64,000 nt of DNA, taken from contig NC_088859.1 of assembly GCF_963853765.1 (NCBI RefSeq), positions 9,858,001 to 9,922,000 on the forward strand, read 5' to 3'. This DNA is from Magallana gigas. Taxonomy: Eukaryota. The translations under genes were made by a program, and so were the position numbers. Every line of letters starts with the position of its first letter. The first letter of the stretch is position 1. Below the pieces are notes generated by a model that made no database searches, was not told where the DNA came from, and saw only the letters and a program-made list of their open reading frames with translations. This document shows positions 49,501 through 62,410 of the stretch, in pieces.

Positions 49501-52500
49501 AACGGATGTCCAACGAACGAAAAAACTCAACGCATTATAATCTAACAGTGTCAATAACACTGTGCCGGATAATTATGCCAGTGCAAAGGTGCATTCATTT
49601 TTGCACCCGTCTAAACTGCATGTATCGAAACATTCAAATATATGTACTATATGATCGACAAATGCTTAAGGAATATATAACCACCTTTGTTATTAATGTA
49701 GAAATGGATTCCTCTAGGAAAATAATTTTTTCTCATAGAAGAAACAATTTTTCTACAGAATATTTGGAAATATATGAAAGGAAAATAAATTAAGATAGGA
49801 TTTGAACAAAAACTCCTCCAGGATTTTAAAATCCGATAGGTATAGGAAGACTACCCGTTTGAATCAAATTTCTGCGGGAAAATGTTTCTCCTATAGGAAG
49901 TTGACTGTGTTTGTGTACATTTGTATACTGATTTTGAACCTCAACTATCAGTGAACTGGTCTTGAGTGAATAAAGAATTGAAATTGAAATTTAATTTTTA
50001 GGATTTTTAGAAAATCCTAGATGATTTTCAATATTTTCTGTAGAAAAGTTATTTACTCCAATGGGAATTAATGTTTTCCTATGAGATATTATTTTTAAAG
50101 GTAAATATACAAATATATCTCACCTGTCAGGTGAGGCACAACAAAATTGGTTATATACTCTGTAGACAATGATCTACTAGTATCTGTTAGTAAATATGGA
50201 TTTTTACGAAACTGTGTCTAAAGGCAAGCGGGTGCAAAAATGCCACCTTCGCAATCGCATAATTATCGGACACAGCGTTCTGAATGTTAATTCAAAAGTA
50301 AAACTTGATTGATTTCAAAACTTCAATTTTTTTTTATTTTTTTTTTTTTGGACATGTGTCAAGCAGAATTTTTTTTTCCTGGTTAAATGCACTACGCTCA
50401 ACATTTTCTGTCGGATAGTAAATTCTTCGCATGAAAACAAAGTAGAACGGATTAAAAATAAACATCTCACCAATTCAAAGGTTTTTGATCCGCTCCTCTC
50501 CTCACAAACGTTTCTGAGGAGCGGAGTGGACCGAAAACTTTTGGCTATCGAGGAAGTAAAAAAAAAAATCGACTCTGATGCCGGTAACATATGAGCCTTG
50601 ACGTAAACTCATTAATTCGATAATTTTTCTTTACTTTCACAGGACTGTGTGAATTACTGCGATGTGGCCTGTCCTTCCAACCACAAATGTGTTAATTTTA
50701 CAAAAGGAAAGGCTACCTGTATACATACCAGTAAGACGTTATTTTAAAAGGATGAATTATATCTTTAACCGGCATTACATGTAACTTTAAGTGCGATTAA
50801 AACTTTTTTTGTTGTTGATTTTTGGGAGTTGATTTTAATCAACTCTCCTATGCAGTTACTCTGGCAAACCGAAAGTGAAACAGTGTTTGGACCTAAGCAC
50901 AAATCACCACCGCTGACAAGACTTAGTTCTTAAAAATAATAGAAAAATTCGATGTAATGTATGCTGAAGCATTATTTTTCAAGGAAACTTATCTATGAAC
51001 ACTTTAGAAATAGTAAGAATTTATATATTACGAACAAGTTAGATATTTTTGTAGTCTCATGTATTCCTACGCCAGAGTTTAATATAGTCTCGTTCGATCA
51101 ACCAAACGTTCGGCTGTCTTCGTAAATCTCCGACAATTAAGCAATGAGGCTCTCTTGCTTGTCGAAGATTAACGGAGACAGCCGAACGTCTGGCTGAACG
51201 AGACGAGAATTCGATATCAATAGTGCTTGGATCCATAAAATTTTTAGAATTGTTTCGATTACTAATACATATTTTAAAATCTATCTTTAAATATAACACA
51301 ATATGATTCATATGGGGTTTCTCGAAATTCTTGTCAGAAAAGTCTAAACATTCATATTAAAAAAAACCGTAATTCAAATACAGACTAGAAACTAATTGCC
51401 ATGCAAGATAAGTTGATTTTAAAATAAATGATAATCGATAAAATCAACTCCCGTCAGTACTTTGATTAAATTAACTACTCTGCCAGATTGTGGAGAACCA
51501 CCAAACCTTGGAAACGGTAAAGTGAAAAACTTCTCAAGAGGGAGGTTGTTTGGTTCAGTAGCAGTCTACTCGTGTGACAACAATTACGGTGAATACGGCC
51601 CCACCACGTCAACCTGTTTAATGACTAGGGTGTGGACGGATGTTGGACAATGCCTACGTGAGTGCATTAAGACACGAACAAGAGGAAATGGTTTCAAAAC
51701 TTGAAATGCTAATAAATAAGAGAACTTCATACAATTTTTTACTGCTGTTGTTTTGTATTTTAGAATGTAGTCCGGCTCCGCCATTGCTGAATGCCATATC
51801 CACAAGTGGTATTAGCCAAGCTTATGGAACCGTCTTTACACACTCTTGTAAATCTAATTTTGAGCCAGTTGGTAATATTTCTACCGAATGTAGGGTCGAC
51901 GGAACGTGGTCTCCCATCACAGGGTATTGTAAAGGTAAATCAGCATATAGGTTCTTTTTTCATATTAACAATTTCTTAAAACTAAAACCAGACAAGAAAT
52001 TTCTTTGAAATATGCTAAGTTTTAAACGAATGAATAAATAAAGCTTTGCTCCATTCATACATGTGTATGTTATAATGCTTATAATTTATAATTTTATATA
52101 ATTATGGGATCCGGGCACCTTACCTGTTCGGGCGTAACGCTCGGCTTCTATAACGCAGTTTGATCGACATACCTTAGTTACGATGGTCTTGCTTGTAGAA
52201 TCTTGCAAAGCGGGATTCATTGAAGAAGTTGACGGATCAGGAAGACCAATAGGCTTATGTTGGCAAATCTTTCCCGGCGGGGAATTGACGTATGCTGAAG
52301 CCACGGCCACCTGTCAGTCAAGATCACGGAATGGGCAGTTGTTGGTGCTTGAAACGGCCTTGAAGAGACATAGGGTGCGATCGGCTCTGATGCAAATGTC
52401 CATGTCAGGTGAGTTAAAATGTATGGATATATTAATGTTAGATTTTAGAGAAAAAATAGGTACATCTAAATAACTTCTCTACAGAAGCTGTCAAAAACTA

Positions 52501-53128
52501 AAGATGGGTCTAAATAAACTTTTTAAAATAATTTTATTTTCCATTTTGGTGATACCCAATAAGAATACGTATTATTAATTTTATGATGCACATATAAAGG
52601 TCTAACCTTTTTTTTTAAATATAAAATATTGAAATATTATTTGAAGACTATTTCATATATCTAAATTTCAGAAGTCATACACATATATTAAATGGCTTGA
52701 AAGTTTTTTAAACTAAGAATTCCTAATTCATGTATTAACCGATGAAATGAAACAAATGACAAACATTTTACAATTTCTCACTATCAGAAATTAACCCTTA
52801 CTTTAATTGTACTTTCTTTTTATCTAAGCCTTAACTAAATATTCTTTATATATATTTTTTGTCCAATTGAAATCCTGTGCAATCTTAGATTTCATTCTTT
52901 CTTTAATCAAATATAGGTAGATTTAAAGCTTGGGTGAATGGTCAATTCATTGGAACAGGTTACCACTATAGTACAGGCGGGCCGTGCGTCGGTAACTGGA
53001 AGTCGGGAGAGCCGCAACACTCCAAACCCGACAAGTGTTTATCTGTCTATTTAAATGAAGACTACCTCTGGAAAGAAATAGAATGTAAAGATCACCTCCC
53101 CTTCATCTGTGAATCAAACATATATTGA
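46558..53128 (+). CDS. Secreted mosaic lectin: signal peptide, PAN/Apple, Cys-rich (EGF-like), 2 Sushi/CCP, C-type lectin domain; exons 46558-46869, 50643-50730, 51487-51657, 51764-51934, 52199-52408, 52917-53128; about 387 aa
   Basis: PAN signature CAAECIAFTDCLSVNFNTEQMVCELN; two 171-nt phase 1-1 Sushi exons (CGEPPNLGNG...C...W...C; CSPAPPLLNA...C...DGTWS...C); CTLD with WKSGEPQ and WKEIECKDHLPFICE. The spliced frame is open (1164 nt). The start codon could also be 46564. Confidence 0.88.
49558..50277. mobile_element. TIR element in intron 1 of the mosaic lectin
   Basis: Imperfect inverted ends of about 50 bp, CACTGTGCCGGATAATTATGC...TTTTTGCACCCG / CGGGTGCAAAAA...GCATAATTATCGGACACAGCG; no TSD recognised. 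Confidence 0.6.
50822..51464 (+). mobile_element. Helentron/HINE element, third copy of the 13930 family
   Basis: GGGAGTTGATTTTAATCAACTCTCC ... AAAATCAACTCCCGTCAGTACTTTG (one arm of the 3' stem-loop lost). It ends 22 bp before the Sushi-1 acceptor. Confidence 0.85.
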
Positions 53129-56100
53129 GACAAACATAAGAACCATCAACAAAACGAGAAGAACATTTCCAGAGACAGAACATAGAATTTTTTTTTCAAT
53201 TTTATTTTCCCAGACCTATAACTATAACAAATAGTTTACCCTACTCTAATCTTAATGGTAGCTGTCAGGGATGGGGCCCTGACTAAGCTCCAACCTAATA
53301 CTGAGAAGTAAAAGTTTTTCTACATCATTTCCCAGGATGAAACATTCAATGTATTTATAATAATAGCAATAGTACAAAAAGAAAGATATATAATGTATGT
53401 ATGATGTATCACAGTCTAAGTATATTTGAAATACATAATATAGAAAATATATAAGTACACATATGTAACCAAAAAGACTATCTTATTTAAACAGATATAA
53501 CATGATGGACATTTTTATCATTGAACTTTTGTATTTGATAATGACGTACATATAATCTAATATACATATATTTGCCTAATTCCTTTGCTGTCACAGGGGA
53601 TATCATAACAGATCCTACAGAGTCCTTGGTTTTCCCTATAGCAGATTCACTGGAGGGTCAGAAACCCCCAAGTATCATGGAATATGAAATTAATTGATAA
53701 TTTGAAAATACACGTGAAAAAAGAAGATACATAAAGACTAGACATCCAGTAGATCTATGCATATTCAACATAAAATACTTCATATCAAGATTGTGATACT
53801 TTATGAATCATATGTTAAAAATAACATTACAGCTTCTCAAATAAAAGCCTAAACATAATTATCTATGTTAAAATTACTGAATTTTGAATTTTTCAGGGCT
53901 AAGTAAAACATATTTGTGGACATATTCACGTTCAAAATTATGTCTCCTGGTTTTTCAATATCATTATTTATTTTACCCCACAAACATATTTAAACTTTGT
54001 TTGAATAAAATTAATGCTTTTATCCATTCTAATTCTTCAAAATTAAATTCCTTCAGTATTTTCTTGATGTAGTATGGCTTTTCAAATTTTTGATCTCTAA
54101 AAATTTTATGGTTAAATTTACATTTTTTATCACCTATTGATTTATATATTTTCCCATGAAATAGGAACTGCGGTCCATGAATGACAATTGTGTGTTAAGC
54201 CAGACTTAGGTCAAACTGGGTTTTTTTTAATTTATGATATACGTTTTTCATTAAAAAATATTCACAAATAAAATAGTTCTTTTGGGTTAATATATTCGAT
54301 ACAAATTCCAGTGGTTTTAACCCATTTTCGTCAACAATATCTTTTCATATTTCTTAAACCAGTTTTGAAAACATCGTGTTTTGTATTTAAAACAATATGA
54401 GCTGCATTTTTCTAAGAAAATGTTCTTTTGTACTAAGATGACAAAAATATCATGATTTTTAATTTTCTGTTAGCCATATTTTTGTGGAAAAGGCCGTTAT
54501 GAAGCCTTCTTTGGAGTGAAATCAAATTATTGTCGTCCTGTACAAAAATTGAGTTGCAATATATTCCTTGGAAGAGAAATATTTCCTTTGACAAAAAGTA
54601 ATGATTTTTTCAAATCTTATTTATCATAAAAGTTGAAATTATATGCAAACTTATCATACTAGCAGGTTTTTGCAGCAAAATAAAATTCTAAAAAAAATAC
54701 AGTTCATATTGCTTTTAACATGAAAATTGGTAAAAAAAAAAAATCCTTCCATCACATCACATGATCTATGAGTATCAAGAATTTTTGTTCCCCTATTTTT
54801 CTTAAACAAAATAGAGGTGCCTCTACTAAATGGCGAATCAGAAAAAATGTGCACCGAGTTTCCAAACCATCGTGTATTATACTTAAATTAATGCTTTACA
54901 ATAAAATGGAAAATGACAATAACAAACTGTCAACCATCTCAAAAATCCATAAAACGAAATACAAACTCAAAGCAGAGCAACACGGACCTCTAAAAACATA
55001 AAGATAGAAAACGCGTTTCGTGTAATAATATCATATCTGCATCAATATCATTTAACCATATGTATAATTTCTTCTTTTTAATTTCAAAGGAATTAATCCC
55101 TTTGCAGTTGAGTGGCAATATGTTAAAAATATTCCATTGATTACTTGTATGCATTTTTGACATTTACGCACAAAATAATTACACTATTAATTAAATTGTT
55201 TTATAATAATTAGGATCTATTCTTCTGTTGGTTTCTTACCATTTGTTCATCAGTTTCAGAGAGGGGCGATATTGATTTACAGGGAGTTCGATAATGATTG
55301 ATATTTTATAATAATTATTCATTCAATGAATGTAATTCTTTTTTGTTGCTCGGTGATGATAGAAAGGAACATCACTAGAATCCTCCTTTACAATTAAAGA
55401 AAATATACAACCATTTTTCTAATTTTTTTTTGTATTTTATATTAATTAAATACAATTGATTTTCTTTAACTCCATCTACCAAATAATCGAAAAAAAATAT
55501 TTATTATAAGAGATTTCATTTTTTTCTGAGAAGACGAACATTAATCAAGCAATAATATAGAACTAAAGTTACATGTATTTAAAACTATGTGTCTTTTACA
55601 AATAAAATACTAAAGATTTTGTCACATATACCTTATACTTGAAGAAAAAAAGGTAAAACAAAAAAATAATAAAATTATATGTACCTTATGTAGTTCATAT
55701 ATCCGGTAGCAAATGTCCAGGGTTTTTCTTTTTCTAGTGAAGCTTACAAATAATCGAGCTAAATATCATTAAAGGCAAAACAAACGTAGACTGTTTCATG
55801 TTATTAAGTCATTGTCCCATGCCTAACAAACGATCAGAATCTAATAATTATAAAAACATTCATCTTGAGATATTTCTTGTGTTCCCGTTAAGAGCGCATT
55901 TGACATTGGATTTAGAACAATAGGTTTGATTTGTGACGTGATAGCAATTATAGTTTGCTAATAATCCAAGACTTGACCTGGATTTTACCTGTGCTTTATC
56001 AACGCATTAACGATGAAGCAAGAAGAATATGAATGTTTTGTTTTGTTTTTTTTTTGTTGGTGTATAATTAATAGCTATCAGCATTTTTTTTATTTGATAA

Positions 56101-56182
56101 AATGAAAAAAAATTGATATTTTTATATTTTAATATAACAGTATCTCATTTAGATTCCAAAAGCTGCTGAGTTAAGGAAAATG

Positions 56183-57207
56183 TTTTTAGCTCACCCGAGC
56201 TGAAAACTTTTTCTGATCCCATTTTGTCTTTCGTCCGTCCCTCTTTCTGCCTGTCTCTCTGTAAACTTTTCACAAGCCTGACAGATACCACCTTAGGCAA
56301 AGGGGGTTCAAATGTAAAATCAAAGGACCATGCCCCTTTTTCAAGTGGAGATAATTAGGAATTATTGGAAGATTTTGAAAAATTTTCAAAAATCTTCTCA
56401 GAAACAAATCAGCAAGAAAATCTGTATGGAACCACAAGGTGGTGGTGTGTGTGGGGGGGTTACATTGAAAAATATAGAGAAAAGACTTTGACATTTTCCC
56501 ATCAAAACAGAGTGGTAAAACAAGCTTAAACTTGTGTGGAGGCATCCTCTGGTAAAGACTGGGTAGATTAATGTTTGTTTTAATCGTGATTTTGGGGGAA
56601 GGATTAAGTCACGGGGGGGGGGGCAAATTTTACAGAGGAATATAGAGAGAAAAAACTGTAAAAAATCTTCTAAAATCCATTTGCATAGAAAAGCTGTAAC
56701 TCTCGTGAAAGCAACCTTAGGTAGTGTTGATTCAAAATCGTTAAAATCAAAACCTGAGGGAGTAGAGTGGGGCCACATTTGTTACGAAGGATTTTATCTA
56801 ACAAAAACTGAAATGTTATAATATATAGTTTTACATACTAGTATATGCAAGCATTATAACAAATTGCTGATTCTTTAAAATTGCTTATACTTGGGTCCCT
56901 GAACGATTCTTTGGCCTTGCAAGGGGTTCAGCGTTTGAAGTAGGTTTATATCCCATATATAAACAATTGTTTAATGTCTTGTTGCAAACTGAATGCTTAG
57001 CATGTGATATAACTTTAAAATTATCCTGTTAAAAAGGGATCGGACTTGGTTACAAACATAAGAATATCCAAGGGGAAAATATGAATTTTTATTCATACAG
57101 GATCGTGTTATACTTCCTTGTCCAGATATTTGTATTATGACTCCATTAAGCTGGTTTTATAATGCCTATTGTTGCTCAGGGGAGCGATGTGGCCCATGGG
57201 CTTCCTG
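56183..57207 (+). mobile_element. Full-length Helentron/HINE element with an internal degenerate tandem repeat
   Basis: TTTTTAGCTCACCCGAGC start, GTCC-type microsatellite, satellite-like internal units, 3' subTIR GCTCAGGGGAGCG and GGCCCATGGGC stem-loop. Confidence 0.82.
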
Positions 57208-58330
57208 ACAATATTTTAATTGTCAATTTTAAATTTGAATTTTCAATAAAAAAAACGACTAAGAAACCTCTAATCAATTATTGCCATGACATATCAGAGT
57301 CTAGAATCTATTGACATCCCTTATTTTTAAAATAACTTTATTGGTAAAAATATGGATAAGTAAGAGGAAAAAAAATAGCATTTGATTTTATTCTTTTATT
57401 TATTAGCAATTTTTAAAAAAAAATTATCAGCTACAAAATCCATACAGACATAATCACAAAAAGGAAAGTTGACAACATTATACAAAAGCATCCACACAAA
57501 AATACATTAATTTATTCTAAGTTAAACCTAATGTCCATTTCAAATTAAGATAAATTGTCCTAATTATTTAAAACAGCTTTGCTCCAAATTGCTAGAATTT
57601 AAAATCCCGACTACAGAACTTGAGGACAACTACAATTGTGCCAGGGTCAGAAGAGTGTTTAATGATATCTTTTTTTTTTAATTTATTTCTTTTTTTTCAG
57701 CTTTACTGGGTGTTCGTTACAATGTAACGGCTTGTGAATAATTTTAGTTTACATTAATCTTGTGATAATATATATTTTTATTTAAACATTCAACCTAAAG
57801 CCTATCAAAAACTATTAAGAAGGCTCGATTGTCGTAGCCATTTTAAGACTATGTTTGTCTCCTTTAGAAGAGAAGAACTCTTTATGAACACTAAGGGAAA
57901 AACCCAACATTTCAAAGATAAAATACATGGATAATTTCTTTATTAAATAATATTTTATAGCTTAACAAATCATATGTTATAAATTATGGTAGATCTAATG
58001 GTCATTTTTGCTTCCCTAATGAGAATAAAACTTAAGACAGAGGTTTCATTGTAACATTTATTGTTTATCCTTGCTAATTGTAAACATTATAGAAAAATTA
58101 AATTAAAAATAAGCGAGGGCTTTAGTTAGCTACTGATTGTTTCGCACATAACGTGTTTATTAATTGCTCACTTTTATAGAAGAATATATTAGAAAATTAA
58201 TCAGAATATTTATACAACATGTATAATATCATTTTGAAAAAGCAAAAATTGTTTAACAGTAATCCATTCAGAATGCACGTAAAACCATATAATAAGTCTA
58301 CACAAGAGATCAACACTTTTAAACATAATT

Positions 58331-61300
58331 TCATAATCTTGTAACATCCGTATTCGAGTCCACTGTTGACTCTCCTTTTGACAGCGGTTTGTTGTGCGAG
58401 TCATTCTGGGCCATGCATTTGCAATCAATGACTCGTTTGTTTAAGAAAAAAGCTACAAATATTGCAATTCCTTGCATACTGTTGATTATTGAGGAGATAT
58501 ACGAGAACGTTGAAAAAGGGAGAAAACCGTCGATGATCTGAAGAGACCATGTTATCCCCGTTATTGTGAATAAGCGACAAAATATTACAAATTCATTCCT
58601 AACAGATTGATTTCCCGGAACTTTTGGAACATTTCTTATGGAAATAATTGTTTTGACAAAGAAAGATAAACTGCAGATACACATAACACCAAGAGGTATA
58701 ATGAATGAGGCTAATCGTGAATAAGGATTGTCGATAAAGCACATCCTATTTCCATATCCAACATCGCCATTGCCTGAGACTATCCATGATATAAGAATAT
58801 TTAATGCTATTATCATGCATGGTAAAAATGTGATAAAAACTATATATGCTTGGATGTTATTCAAATGATATCTTGAATTTGTGTTGGAAAATTGAAAACT
58901 TCTGTACATGTGAAACGAACTTACCGACATTGTTAAAAATGACACTAACCAAAAATAATGAAGAACTATACCAAACCCAACACATGCCCTTTTTTGTAAA
59001 GAACCAAATTCACTTAGCTGAAAAATAATAAGTGTAAGAGCCAGCGAGAGTATCAGTATCATGTTAATTTTTCCGGGTATTGTTCTCAAATCTTTTTTAA
59101 ACACATAAATTAGAAATGAAATCATTAAACACAGAATGGAAATCGCATCAAGGATAAGCGTTATTGTTGACAAAAGAAAATCTCGTTTACGTTCTTCTAA
59201 AAAATACGTGACTGTGTCAGTTCCAGCGTTGAAGTCTTCAGCGCAAACCCTTGCTGATCCATCAGGTAAAAGTTCAAACAAATTGGAATCAAATATTTTG
59301 TTCATGCCATACACCACTAATTTTCCTAACTGTTGATCTACACGATATTCGTCAAAATAAAGTGGAACTTGAACGCAAGTCAATAGTTTAGATGTTCGAA
59401 CAGTTCTATATTTTTGTCTATTTGCCACTACCTGATATTTCACAAACGGCGGTAGAGTACAACGTAAGAAATAGTCGGCTAGATATATTTTATATGGGTT
59501 AAAATATAATTGTTTTGTGCTCATAGTGAGAGACAAGTAGAGATCAAATTTAGAATGTACTTCTCTTCTAGATATCACCATCTTAGTTGTAATTGCAAAT
59601 AACCGCCTCTCAATATCAACTCGTTCTACAGCCTGTTTGATAAATATACCTACAGCTATGTTCCCTGAAAATTTTTCAGAAGATAACATTTGATTTGTTT
59701 TAAAGCAAGGATGGTCTATTTGAACAAACAAATACTCTATCGAATTTGATTCTATCTGAAGCCTTGACAGTATTGTTTGTTTAATATCTGCCGATATGAT
59801 GCCCAGTAGATCCTGAACAGGTAATAGAGAAGACAAGTTTCCTTGAAAATCTGATGTCAGAACATATCCTAGGTTTTTGGTTACTGTAAAAAGTGCTGGG
59901 CATGATCCATTACGGAGAAACTTTCCAGGAAAACAGGTCAAGTTCCTACAGTCTTCCTACAAAAAAACCCCAGAAAAATGTATACATATAAAATGTCGCA
60001 AGACTATTGGACTTAACGTTTATTGGTCTGATGAATTATTTTAATAACAAGAAAAGCTCACCAAATTCCTCATGTATGATTCCGTTGATTTACATTTATG
60101 AGATTCATTCTCCAGAAAATCATCACGAAGTTCAGAATACAAGAACAAATTCCTAAAGATTGGAGTCCACTTAAATCGTTTTGACGTTATTGAGTAATAA
60201 CCGTCGCTTAGCCCACCCGAACAATCCACTCTATCCGTCCTGTTATTGCAATGTTTGCAAAATATATTCTTATACGGCGAATAGAATGCAATTTGAGGGA
60301 AAAACTGGCAACCAATTTCATCTCGATGATCGTAGAAAGACAGTTTTCCAGAGGCATTGCACTTACTTATCGTGATATTTTCTATCATTTCTGGGTTGCA
60401 TAATGCACAGAACTGATTTTTATGAAGTTTACATGGCCTGTGCATGGCATAGATCATCCTAAAAGCCCTAGACGAAACATTTTCACAAGCATATATTATT
60501 TGGGGATCCTTAATTAGCCATTTCCCAGTTAAATTGCACTTATTATAACGTACTTGTTCTCTGTGACATAGAGGGACACTTTGGTGACCTTTACCCTTTG
60601 GAGATGAAATTGGTAAATATGTAATATTGCAGTTAGTATCTTTGAGTGTTACGACTAATTGCTTTATCGTAATAAAGTTCCTGTGGTCAATGTATTTTTT
60701 ACAGTACAATTCGATGTTCCATGGTTTACCCAAATCAAACACAGGTCTTTGAGGCGATGTATTACATAAATAACAATACATGTTGAGGTATGATATACCA
60801 GTGGTAATATCACGTATTGGATAAGAAGAAAATATGTCACTTCCCTCTGCTCCGTCTTGACATAATTTCTCCATATACATTGGATACTGAAATTGCATGT
60901 AACAACCATTCGTGACCGTGTATTCCACATCTGGTTTGGTCCTTTTAAAATGCTCTCCAGCCAGTTGTTTTGAATGAATACATTCTGCTGGATATTGTAA
61001 TGCAAAATCTTCACAACAATCATTATGATGAAAGCACGAAGGGTTACAAGTACAGGAAATGAATAGATTTGAAAGGTTTTTTGGAATACCATGGCTGTTG
61101 CATACTTTGACATATTTCTTGAATGAGAAAGATTTATATATCAATTCTGTGACATTGAGTGTTTGGTTATTGTTAAGAATAATACCAGGCGTTTTCTGCT
61201 TCATTCGGTGTTCGGATTTAGGAATTTTGTTAGTCACTAATTTGAAATACTCTTTACTAAAATTGTTAATTATTATCGACATATGGTATAAATCCTTTTT

Positions 61301-62326
61301 ATTAAATGTTAAAAAAACCTTTGTGCTGATTTTTGCAGATGCGTCAACATAGTTGTACTTAAAGTTATCAGGAGCATTGCAAATTCGACAAAATATATTT
61401 TTGAATGGGAAAGTACCTTCATTGAATCCAAAACGAGAGCAAGCTTGCTTGATATTTTTATCAAAGACGTTCCACATTCCGGTAACATTGCATTGTGTTA
61501 TTATGTCTCCTTCGAAGAATGTGGGATTACACATTCTACAAAACGGGTTTTTAAACAAGGTATCATTATTGACATACATTGATTCGCAAGCATATAACAC
61601 GTCATTGTCTTTTTTCTTCCAGAATCCGGTCTTGTTACACGAATCAAAATGAAACCCCTGTAGATGATAGCAGTTATATGCAGGCTTGTCATCGTGTGGT
61701 GCAAACTGCATGACACATGCGTGTTCTATTCCATGATCAACAACTTCTTTGAATGAAGATAAAAAGTTGATATCTAAAAACACTCGGCAATAAATGTCCA
61801 GATTCCAGAACTGATACGATGGTTCGTGATTGCATTGAGCACATATTCTATTAGCATACGTTAGATTTGTTAAAATGCTAGTCACTGGAGGATACTTTAG
61901 TTTATCAATACTATTTGCCTCTTTTTCACACTTTTCTTTGATGGGTTGTTCTGTTCCATCAGGACATTTTTTAATCAAGAGAAATGACGATCTCTGTTCT
62001 CGACTTTCATCTTGCGTGGCGTTAACGAAGGTAACATTATTACATACTAGATCACTGTGTGCAAAGTATTTGTCTGGACAGCAATCTCCTCTACCAAAAC
62101 ACGAATTGTCACAGAAGCAATTGGGACACAATTTGTGACTTTTTGATATCTTAAACTCTGGTGTTCTATAACTGAACTGAGTAATGTTACAAACATTTTC
62201 TGGTCCACACATCGTGAGATGATGCAACAGTAGATTTGTAAAATTGATAGACTGTGAGTTAACAAGTCTAATATTGGTAAAAAAGTATATGCAAAATACT
62301 ATCATATGGCGATTCATCTTCTGCAT
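58331..62326 (-). CDS. Family B (secretin/adhesion/Methuselah-like) 7TM receptor with a large Cys-rich ectodomain; exons 62326-60062 and 59956-58331; about 1296 aa
   Basis: Two long ORFs joined by a 105-bp phase-0 GT-AG intron (TTG|GTGAGC...TTTTGTAG|GAA). Signal peptide, two somatomedin-B-like motifs (CFCDNSCFGRGDCCPD, CTCNPSCFHHNDCCED), and a 7tm_2-like region (LRTIPGK...ACVGFGIVLHYFWLVSF...CFI...LFTITGITW...NSMQGIAIFVAF). Confidence 0.9.
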
Positions 62327-62410
62327 TAAATGGTCTGAAACGTAAATAAGATATTTTGATTAAAGACATGTTTCAATTATTTAATGTTAACACATGTAAG
62401 TTTGAAATTA

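Noticed and set aside
53560-53680. Second GIY-YIG fragment (reverse frame CYDIPCD)
   Set aside because: Only a 5-6 residue resemblance with no YIG motif; compatible with chance.
56270-56778. 91-aa and 126-aa ORFs
   Set aside because: They lie inside the HINE element's tandem-repeat interior; no domain signature.
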